From: Escherichia coli
GTDB lineage: Bacteria > Pseudomonadota > Gammaproteobacteria > Enterobacterales > Enterobacteriaceae
Strand: one strand, 5' to 3'
NCBI RefSeq assembly: GCF_011045215.1
Contig: NZ_CP049201.1
Length of the DNA: 64,000 nt
In this document: piece after piece, positions 9,474 through 17,495 of the stretch
Position numbering within the stretch: position 1 is the stretch's first letter
Layout of the letters: every line of letters starts with the position of its first letter
Notes under the pieces: generated by a model
Databases searched by the model: none
What the model was told of the DNA's origin: nothing
Seen by the model: the letters and a program-made list of their open reading frames with translations, nothing else
Made by a program: the position numbers and the translations under genes

Positions 9474-11745
9474 GGAAAACTCCCCAGTGTTGCAGCGATG
9501 CCAGTGCCTGCTGTTCGAGTTGTTGATGATGTGCAATGGCTTGCGGAGGATAATGCAACGGCATTTGCAGCGCTGAAACAGGAAGCTGCGCAAGCTGGTA
9601 ATGCTCAAGCACCTGATGCGCCAGTGTCCCGCGTTCTCGTGGCGGTAGCCAGGCCATCGCCGCGCGCAAATCGGGCAAGGCGTTAATAAAATCGTCGTCA
9701 CTCAGTTGATTTAAATGACTACTGAAACCGGCGATAAATGCTGGTTGGCAGGCCAATTGATGACGGGCGAGCGCCAGCAAACCGTGCAGCGCCTCGCCGG
9801 ATTGTGCCGGGGATAACTGCGCCAGCATCGTCAGCGCCGCTTCGGCACTGGCGTTGGGATGTTCCAGACGCATCAGTGCGCCAAGAGCCGCGCCGCGATC
9901 CAGCGCCGGGACATGAATCGCCTGACTGCGGCGCTCCAGTAAGGCTACCGCCGCAGAAAGAAAAACGCCGGGTAAATTAACGCCGCTATGTAGATCGCGC
10001 AGGATATGGCAAAGCGCCTGCCAGCTATGCATGTGAGCGTGAAACTCCTTTTCATCTGGTCTGCCGTTAGATTCACACAGCCACAGCGTGCGATCGATAG
10101 CCGCGCATAACGTCGTTTGTAATATCTGCGCGCCTTGCATACCGCTAATTTCATCCAGCCGCCATAAGGCATATAGCACTTCCAGCGCCTGGCCCATTTC
10201 GGCAAATTGATTTTCCTGGGCGATTAATAATGTGAGTTGCTCCAGTAATTGCTCACTAAAGCTCGCCAGGCCCGCTAACGCCGCCTGGCTTAGACATGCG
10301 GTAATGCTGCCGATTCCACCCGCGTCCAGCATATCGGCTTCTAATTTATTGCGTGCGGCTTCCTGGAGCGTGGCACCAAAGCAGGCGGCCTCAATTAATG
10401 CCGCATGCTGGCTAAGCGGCTGGGTTAATTTCCACTGTTCTTCACCGTTACCCGCAAGCGTCAGTGTACTTCCGTGCTGGCGCACAATGCCGGGAATCTC
10501 CAGTATTGCCAGCCGATGTAACACCTGACTTTGCGCTAGTCCATTGGGGTTAAAGCGATTTAAGGTAAGCTCCACCGGAAGAGAGATTGCGGTACGTTCC
10601 AGTTCGCAGGTGACATCTTTTGGCAGAGGCGGTTGTGGCGTAGAAGGGGCAAGTTTACCGAATCCGTCACCCGCTAATGTGTCTATCAACGTTAGCAGAA
10701 TCGGATCGGTGTCGGGATGAATAACTCCGCGATAGCTCCACGGCAACGGCGCGTTCAGGGCTTCTTTAATCAGCGAGCCTGCTATGGCATCCAGCCAGTC
10801 AGTGCGTAACGGTAGTTTATGTCCGCGCAACTGTGCCAGCGCCATCGCATGCAGATGAGCGGCAGCCATATCCGCGGTCGAAGCAGGCAAGTGGTGTTGG
10901 CGCAAACGGGTAAGAACCGTTTTTAGCAGTTGTTCTCCCGCCTGCTGTAAGCCCCACTGCCAGCACCAGCTTTGCCAGACCGGGGCAGGCATTCCTGAAA
11001 GGTATCCTGCCAGCACATCAAGGCGCTTTTCACTGTAGGGTGTGAGATAACAACCTGTAACGGCATCTGCCAGCGAGGGCAATTCTGGCTTGTTAATGTC
11101 CTGCGGGCATTCGCGCCACATTTTTGCCAGTGCCGGAGCGTGCCAGCCACCGCAGACGACTAACACGTCGCCATTATTTTGCTGCACCGCCCATGCAATC
11201 CAGCGAGCCATAAAGGCTTCGCGCTGACGATTGAGTGCATCGCCGGGGAAATCGCCCCGCAGTTGGGCAAAATAGTGCGCCAGTGCAGAGGGTAATGCAG
11301 TTTGCTGGCTTTCATCTTCGAACAAGTGATCCCACAGGGTATCGCTGTTATCCATGCGGGAGGCACGCAGCAGCAAGGTCTGGCTTTCCTCTTGCGTTTC
11401 AGGCGAATCGTCCTCTTCTTCACTCTGTGCCCAGCAAGGCAAATCGATGAAGTAAGTTTGTGCCTGAATACGACGAGCGGCTTGTAGCGCCTGCCACTCC
11501 GGCGAAAATTCAGCAAATGGCGTCCAGGCACCACGCCCGGGGGCTGCACCGTCCTGATACTGGCAATAACTGTAAATAGCTACCGGAAGCTGGTGGGCTA
11601 AAAACAGTTCGTCTACCCGGTCATTAAAATCAGCCGGGCCTTCAATCAACACGTATCGTGGCCGCTGGCTTTCGATTAACGATTTCACCAGCCGGGCGCA
11701 GGCCGGACTATGATGCCGGATGCCGACAATTAACGGCTCGCTCAT
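9466..11745 (-). CDS. yehM: large uncharacterised protein of the yehLMPQ cluster
   Basis: 759 aa from MSEPLIVGIRHHSP; no domain recognised by eye; tightly packed between yehL and yehP. Confidence 0.8.
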   Translation of the reverse strand: MSEPLIVGIRHHSPACARLVKSLIESQRPRYVLIEGPADFNDRVDELFLAHQLPVAIYSYCQYQDGAAPGRGAWTPFAEFSPEWQALQAARRIQAQTYFIDLPCWAQSEEEDDSPETQEESQTLLLRASRMDNSDTLWDHLFEDESQQTALPSALAHYFAQLRGDFPGDALNRQREAFMARWIAWAVQQNNGDVLVVCGGWHAPALAKMWRECPQDINKPELPSLADAVTGCYLTPYSEKRLDVLAGYLSGMPAPVWQSWCWQWGLQQAGEQLLKTVLTRLRQHHLPASTADMAAAHLHAMALAQLRGHKLPLRTDWLDAIAGSLIKEALNAPLPWSYRGVIHPDTDPILLTLIDTLAGDGFGKLAPSTPQPPLPKDVTCELERTAISLPVELTLNRFNPNGLAQSQVLHRLAILEIPGIVRQHGSTLTLAGNGEEQWKLTQPLSQHAALIEAACFGATLQEAARNKLEADMLDAGGIGSITACLSQAALAGLASFSEQLLEQLTLLIAQENQFAEMGQALEVLYALWRLDEISGMQGAQILQTTLCAAIDRTLWLCESNGRPDEKEFHAHMHSWQALCHILRDLHSGVNLPGVFLSAAVALLERRSQAIHVPALDRGAALGALMRLEHPNASAEAALTMLAQLSPAQSGEALHGLLALARHQLACQPAFIAGFSSHLNQLSDDDFINALPDLRAAMAWLPPRERGTLAHQVLEHYQLAQLPVSALQMPLHYPPQAIAHHQQLEQQALASLQHWGVFHV

Positions 11746-11755
11746 GCATCTTTCC

Positions 11756-12844
11756 TCACGGCAGGCGGTGGCGGGCTTGATAATAAGCCTGCCAGTGAGC
11801 TTCTTTATGTGTGGCGACACGCTGTTCGAAGTAACGGCGCAGACGAGCGCGATCTTCTTCGTTATCTTTGACGATGGTTCCGGCAATACAGTCCACCAGG
11901 TCGGCAGGCTCCCCCGCGCGATTCGCTAAAAACCAGGCGCGGACGCCCACGGCGTGGGCCACGTTCACGGCTTCAGCGGTGGACATAATCGCTGTTAGTG
12001 TATCCATTGACGTTTTCTTTTCGCCGTTGGCACGCAGATCGCGGAAGGTGCGGACCAGTAACTCCAGTACCGCGTCAGGCACTTTATGCGGAATACCGCT
12101 ATGGGCCAGCAAACGCGCCGAAGCACTGGCGACAAGCTCCAGCTCTTGGGCGAAATCCATAATCGGAAAGACAGTTTCAAAATCGAAGCGACGCTTTAGC
12201 GCAGCACTCATTTCATTGACGCCGCGATCGCGGGTATTGGCAGTGGCAATAATATTAAAGCCTTCTCGCGCATAGAGCTGACTGGCTTCACCAGTGAGTT
12301 CCGGCACCGTCATCACCCTGTCAGAAAGCATACCTAACAGACAGTCTTGCACTTCCAGCGGTGTACGCGTTATCTCTTCAAAACGGACGATTTTGCCGTC
12401 GCGCATTCCCTGGTAAAGCGGGGCAGGGACCAGCGCTTCCGTTGATGGACCATGATTGATAAGCAGGGCGTAGTTCCAGCCGTACTTGATTTGATCTTCG
12501 GTAGTAGATGCGCCGCCCTGGATGGTTAACCCGGCATCGCCGCTAATAGAGGTTGCCAGTAATTCAGACAGGAGAGATTTTGCGGTGCCAGGTTCCCCCA
12601 CCAACATCAAACCGCGTCCGGTGGCAAGAGTGACTAACATACGTTCGACAGCGGAGGGACTAATCACCACTTTACGGCTAATATTTTGCGCGCTATCGCC
12701 AAGGATAAAAGCACGGGCCGCAGGCAAACTTAACTGCCAACCGGGCGGGCAAGGTGCGTTATCATTTTGTTTTAATTTTGCCAGTTCATCGGCGTATAAC
12801 ACAGCAGCAGGCGGACGCTGCAGATGATTATTCTGCGGTGACAT
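11756..12844 (-). CDS. yehL: MoxR-like AAA+ ATPase
   Basis: 362 aa from MSPQNNHLQRPP; Walker A GEPGTAKS, compact AAA+ core typical of MoxR/RavA-like ATPases. Confidence 0.85.
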   Translation of the reverse strand: MSPQNNHLQRPPAAVLYADELAKLKQNDNAPCPPGWQLSLPAARAFILGDSAQNISRKVVISPSAVERMLVTLATGRGLMLVGEPGTAKSLLSELLATSISGDAGLTIQGGASTTEDQIKYGWNYALLINHGPSTEALVPAPLYQGMRDGKIVRFEEITRTPLEVQDCLLGMLSDRVMTVPELTGEASQLYAREGFNIIATANTRDRGVNEMSAALKRRFDFETVFPIMDFAQELELVASASARLLAHSGIPHKVPDAVLELLVRTFRDLRANGEKKTSMDTLTAIMSTAEAVNVAHAVGVRAWFLANRAGEPADLVDCIAGTIVKDNEEDRARLRRYFEQRVATHKEAHWQAYYQARHRLP

Positions 12845-12951
12845 ATATTCATCCCTGAAATGTATTAATGAAATAAACGATATTTTACGCGCAATAAATG
12901 TTTGGCGCATTAGTTGTTTGAGCGAAAAATATCTGGAAAGCAGATTACAGT

Positions 12952-12990
12952 AAATAAAAAAACCTGCTGGTGAGGCAGGTTCTTTTATTT
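12952..12990. terminator. hairpin (aacctgc tggtgag gcaggtt) flanked by an A-tract and a T-tract; candidate bidirectional terminator upstream of yehL
   Basis: Seen in sequence: 7-bp stem, aaaaaaaa upstream and cttttattt downstream. Confidence 0.4.
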
Positions 12991-13276
12991 ACTATTTTCA
13001 GGCCTAACACCACAGCCTGTGCAACATCGTGTTCCAACGAACGAATTATAACCACGGCTGGACCCCGTTGCAATTAAGATAATGAGATTTATAATCCAGA
13101 CCGTTGGGACGTTGCGCCGGATCGAACCTATTTCAAGTCCTGGCTACCGGACGGGTGGTGCTGCAGGTGGTGCCCTGATCCGGAGTGCAACATCGTGGTC
13201 CAACATACGTAAACCAGTATCGACAGGCAGTGTAAGGGTAAGGTGCTGGTGTTGCGCTCCTTAATAAGGAGAGCGG

Positions 13277-13366
13277 ATGGACTCGCTGACACAAAAGTTA
13301 ACCGTGCTCATTGCTGTACTGGAGCTATTAGTAGCTCTGTTACGTTTGATTGATTTGTTGAAGTAA
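13277..13366 (+). CDS. candidate small hydrophobic protein (29 aa), unannotated as far as I can tell
   Basis: ATG preceded 6 nt upstream by AAGGAG; encodes MDSLTQKLTVLIAVLELLVALLRLIDLLK; followed by a GC hairpin; candidate promoter TTGCAA-N16-TATAAT at 13068-13095. Confidence 0.35.
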   Translation: MDSLTQKLTVLIAVLELLVALLRLIDLLK

Positions 13367-13389
13367 CGGGCAAATTGAAACGCATCTAA

Positions 13390-13415
13390 GGGGGAAAACC
13401 GCTTCCCCCTTTAAT
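13390..13415 (+). terminator. hairpin gggggaa-aaccgc-ttccccc followed by a short T-run, downstream of the small ORF
   Basis: Seen in sequence; T-tract is short (ttt) so strength is uncertain. Confidence 0.35.
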
Positions 13416-13475
13416 AAAGCTATACTCGTCATACTTCAAGTTGCATGTGCTGCGACTTGAATTATCTAGAGTATA

Positions 13476-13793
13476 TTATTCTATTTCTTGGTTGAATATA
13501 TTCTGTAGTTCACGATTAAAAATTGCTATTACAGTTTCAGGTGATTCACCTCGTAATTTCCGCTCATCAATACACTCATCTCTTATATAAATCAACGCAT
13601 CATTTATTAGCGGGTCAGCATCTTCTCGATCACGTTGATGAAATGTTGGATGTAGCCGGAATCGCTCCAGTCGATAGACGGAACCTGTAAATAATTCAGA
13701 GCATTTATGGATCTCAAGTCTGAAGGAAAACGGATCTTCAGGTACAGGGACCTCATAATCGTAAATAGCAACCAGCTCTTTTTGCACGATCAT
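13476..13793 (-). CDS. yehK: uncharacterised 105 aa protein
   Basis: 105 aa ORF (MIVQKELVAIYDYEVPVPEDPF...) in the K-12 yehK position immediately downstream of yehI. Confidence 0.75.
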   Translation of the reverse strand: MIVQKELVAIYDYEVPVPEDPFSFRLEIHKCSELFTGSVYRLERFRLHPTFHQRDREDADPLINDALIYIRDECIDERKLRGESPETVIAIFNRELQNIFNQEIE

Positions 13794-13853
13794 CGCTTTC
13801 CCCGCTGGTAAGTCGTGTTGATAACGGGCAGTTGCATCACTGCCCGCTGTGTT

Positions 13854-16800
13854 TTAATGGAAAATGACGTCAGCTGCGCTTAACGCCTCACTCAAATCAA
13901 ACACATCGAGTTCGGCAAAAGTGACGGATTTATTGTTACGGTAAACCCGAAGAGAATGGAAGCTCATCAGCGCTTTGCTATCAGCACTGTAGTGGTTAAA
14001 ACCGGGTGAAAACTTAAGGACCAGCCGGTACTCACCCAGGTCATAGACAAATGCGTCCTCATAGCCTGACTCCCAGCCTTTGTATCGCATTCCCATAAGT
14101 TGCCCAACGGTAGCGGATTTACCTTCCCAGCGAGTCAGGCTGTTACTGGTTGACTCGTCAGGTGTGAGCAGCACCGTGCGGCGCGACAACTGGCGAAAAG
14201 GCGGCATAATTTCGTAATCGGCAAAAAGCTGTGCAAATTCACTGCGCATTTCTACTGTCATTTCTAACGGGTGGGCAATGCCAATCAGAGCGTCCGCAGG
14301 CAGGTCAATTGGCTCATCTTGCGCATTGCAGAACTCCCCCTCTGCGGCCACACGAAAGGCGTTGAGTAAACAACGCGGTTCATTTGCCGGATAAACCCCC
14401 CATATTAATCGCTGGGTAACCAGACGGGTAAAGGGATGATTAACAAACAGAGAATGAAAATCTGCCAGCGACCAGCGTCGGGTGGTACGTAGGGCCGTTT
14501 CAAGACGCGGGAGCAGGTTTTTGCTCACCTGAGTGGCATCTTTTTTTAGCCCTTTTAGTTGGGCCAGTGCCTCGGGCGCTTTCAGTTGATCGTCATCGGC
14601 GCGCAACCGGGGAACGCTTTTCTGGCGAACGTTTTGCTGATCAAAGATAATCGGGTTGAGGTTTTCATCGAAGCGAACGGTAAACTGCCGGGGACCAAAA
14701 TCAAAAATCAACGCCTGCGGATCATCAAGGCCAAGGGTTGGGACTAATCTGTCCGCTAGCTCTTCCTGGCTTAGCCCGCGATTTTCTGCGACCACCTGAA
14801 GAAATTCCGCCGCGTTATCACGTAAGGGGCGGGATTTAGCCCGTTGCGATATATGATGCAGCTGTATCAGCGCCATATCATTATTCATCAGGGTAAGGAT
14901 GTTCAGGCCGCTGACAGCACGGGCAGATTTGCCTTCTTGTGGCCAGGCGAGGATCTGTGTCGTCAGATCCCGTGCCGTGCTTTCGTCACCAAAGAGACTT
15001 AACGCCAGAAATGCCCAGTTGTCTTTTGCGGGGGCACCAGCTTGTTGCCACGCAGTGAAGAGATCCCAGGCAAAAGCTGCCAGCGTTTGTGGCTGGCAGA
15101 ACGTTTTCAGTTGTTCCAGCCCGCTATAAAAACGTCCCCCCTGGGTAAAGCGCAGCATTTCGCCGAAAATTTCCAGAGCGTCATCGGTAACAGTTTGATT
15201 ATTAGTGATAAGGCGCGGCCTGGACCACATTTGCGGATGCCAGAAATCAGGGGCTTTTGGAATGCGTGCCGGGTAAATCTCTATTGGACTCTGTTTAAGT
15301 AATTGTTCCAGGGCAGGCCATAGATCTGTACGCTGCCAACGATTGGCTAAAGTTTGTAGCAATTCGCCATGCCCATGTTCGTAAAGTAAACGCAGGGCAA
15401 GTAATGCAGCTTCGCTTTTATCGCTGGATTTGGTGAAGACAAGAGGGATAAGTGCAGTAGCCGTATGTTCCGGCCAATGTAAAATCCACTGGCGAGCCAG
15501 ATTACGCTGGCCCGCAAAACGGTGCCAGACGCGGGCAATGGGCAGGGCCAGTTCTGTTGCGCCGAAATTTAAAATTAACGGAAATGTTTCTTTTGGACGA
15601 TGTGAAAAAGCCAACAGCAGACCTGGTAGCGCATCCAATCCGAGGATACTGAGAAAATAGTCCTCACCCGCGAACAGATGCTTTTTCTCATTGATACGCA
15701 GCCAGAAGGTCAAAGCTATCTCACGCGGCAACTGTGCCAATAAATACAGGTTCCAGACACTCTTTTCCGGACGATAACGTGAGTAGTTGTCATTTTCCCA
15801 TATGTTAATTAACGCTTCTACGTGACCACTGCGAAGCGCCTGTTCTGCTAATGGTGCTTCCGGGGAGTTCCAGCCATTCAGGATCTCTTCAACCCGCCCC
15901 TGGTAGTAATGCCACTCAACAATGAGTGAATTGCGTGCAGCATCCAGTTTTCCGGGGAGTATATAATTCAAAAACAGCCATACATCATCCCCAAAACCCA
16001 GTTCCTGTAATACAACTCGCCCACTTTTTTGTTCCATGCGTTCCGCAAGAGATTCCGTGCTGAAATAACGGGCAGGCTCAGTGGCGGCAAGCCTCTCTCG
16101 TTCGCCTGGTTGCCAGTAAACTTGCGGAGTTAATTCGAGCCGTGCCAAATCAAGACGTGGAGCTGTCATTTTTTTCTTACTACGCCACGGTGGTGAAACG
16201 AGGATTTCAGGCAGATTGCTGTTATCGGTGCCATCAATAACCGGTTTTGGCAGTGCCGATAAATAACTCTTCAGCACTGCCCTGGCTTGAGTACTTAACC
16301 ACGGCATCACTTCTGCTGCCAGTTGTGGCTGCGATGCCATCAGCGTTTGTAACAGCGTACGCCAGTATTCATCGCGTGCTTTTTGCTGTGCAGGCAGCTT
16401 TTTGTCTTCGATGATTGGATAACCAGGGCGGGCTGGTGGTTCTGTTAACGCCAGCAGTTCTGCCAGTGCGGCGAGCGTCGCATGGGGGAAGTTTTTATGG
16501 TATTTAGCTACACGTTGCAGGCTGGGTTTGTTTTTATCAGCCACCAGTAGCAAGGTGCGGATGACTTGCGGATGGTTAATTTGTACCAGCAGACTGCCGC
16601 AATCTTCTTTATAGGCATACATCGCGAGGCGCGGAATGGCTGCCAGTCCTTGTTCGCGCAAAAGGGCGGCGCAGGCCGCGTAGCCGAAGTGGTTTTCATG
16701 CGACATGTAGCTGGCTTCTCGATCGCTAAATATATCCTGGCTCCAGTAGTGTTCGAGTTTTCTCACCGCTGTGGGGTCATTAGCTACAACTTTTAACCAC

Positions 16801-17486
16801 TCCTTAGAATGAAAATGAGTTCGCGGGCATTCAAGGCCTACCAACTCATTGGCTATTTCTGGTTTTTCCGGGAGGATCAGCGCAATAAAAGGGCGGCGAA
16901 CTTTGGTTATTCCTGGTAGTGCGGCAATGAGTTTGTCGGCGCAACGCTGCCAGCAGCTTTCCTCTGCCAGAGAGAGGTGTTTACGCAGTCGGAGATCGAA
17001 TTCGTTATAGGTTTCTGAGCGATAACCATAGCCATAGTCCTCGTTCTGATACTGCAATGTGACTACCAGAGGATCACTCTCATAACACCGTGCAATAAAC
17101 TGGCGTGCAATCACCACCTCAGTCGCATATTCCAGCCCCTCTTGTTGGACGATTTCGTCGAGCAACTGTTGGCTGTCATTTTGCGCGATACAGGCTAGCG
17201 CCGCCATTGTCCGGGCCGGGATTGAGGGTTTGTGTTCGCCGATCAAGTTGATGGCCTGCGTGATGGCGGACTGCCACTCCAGTGAAAAATTTTCATAACG
17301 CCAGACAATGTTTTTTTTCTTCTCAGCTTTTTGTAGCAATTCATCACCCAGTGTCTGAATGATGCTTTCAGTGATAACAGGCACTGGTTCGCCCGGCCAA
17401 TTGCGATGGCTGAGTGGTGTTTTACCCTTTTTATATTTCAGTTCCAGTTGGGCGTTATCAGCCAGCCACGGTAATTCCTTGTCCAT
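13854..17486 (-). CDS. yehI: giant DUF4132-type protein, paralog of the two upstream genes but lacking the N-terminal WGR-like domain
   Basis: 1210 aa; begins at the PWLAD motif that follows the WGR domain in the paralogs; C-terminal region aligns with both upstream paralogs. Confidence 0.85.
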   Translation of the reverse strand: MDKELPWLADNAQLELKYKKGKTPLSHRNWPGEPVPVITESIIQTLGDELLQKAEKKKNIVWRYENFSLEWQSAITQAINLIGEHKPSIPARTMAALACIAQNDSQQLLDEIVQQEGLEYATEVVIARQFIARCYESDPLVVTLQYQNEDYGYGYRSETYNEFDLRLRKHLSLAEESCWQRCADKLIAALPGITKVRRPFIALILPEKPEIANELVGLECPRTHFHSKEWLKVVANDPTAVRKLEHYWSQDIFSDREASYMSHENHFGYAACAALLREQGLAAIPRLAMYAYKEDCGSLLVQINHPQVIRTLLLVADKNKPSLQRVAKYHKNFPHATLAALAELLALTEPPARPGYPIIEDKKLPAQQKARDEYWRTLLQTLMASQPQLAAEVMPWLSTQARAVLKSYLSALPKPVIDGTDNSNLPEILVSPPWRSKKKMTAPRLDLARLELTPQVYWQPGERERLAATEPARYFSTESLAERMEQKSGRVVLQELGFGDDVWLFLNYILPGKLDAARNSLIVEWHYYQGRVEEILNGWNSPEAPLAEQALRSGHVEALINIWENDNYSRYRPEKSVWNLYLLAQLPREIALTFWLRINEKKHLFAGEDYFLSILGLDALPGLLLAFSHRPKETFPLILNFGATELALPIARVWHRFAGQRNLARQWILHWPEHTATALIPLVFTKSSDKSEAALLALRLLYEHGHGELLQTLANRWQRTDLWPALEQLLKQSPIEIYPARIPKAPDFWHPQMWSRPRLITNNQTVTDDALEIFGEMLRFTQGGRFYSGLEQLKTFCQPQTLAAFAWDLFTAWQQAGAPAKDNWAFLALSLFGDESTARDLTTQILAWPQEGKSARAVSGLNILTLMNNDMALIQLHHISQRAKSRPLRDNAAEFLQVVAENRGLSQEELADRLVPTLGLDDPQALIFDFGPRQFTVRFDENLNPIIFDQQNVRQKSVPRLRADDDQLKAPEALAQLKGLKKDATQVSKNLLPRLETALRTTRRWSLADFHSLFVNHPFTRLVTQRLIWGVYPANEPRCLLNAFRVAAEGEFCNAQDEPIDLPADALIGIAHPLEMTVEMRSEFAQLFADYEIMPPFRQLSRRTVLLTPDESTSNSLTRWEGKSATVGQLMGMRYKGWESGYEDAFVYDLGEYRLVLKFSPGFNHYSADSKALMSFHSLRVYRNNKSVTFAELDVFDLSEALSAADVIFH

Positions 17487-17495
17487 GCTCTTTCC

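Noticed and set aside
13082-13264. 60 aa plus-strand ORF in the yehK-yehL intergenic region
   Set aside because: No ribosome-binding site, Gly/Arg/Cys-rich composition, and it overlaps the candidate promoter/leader of the better-supported 29-codon ORF.
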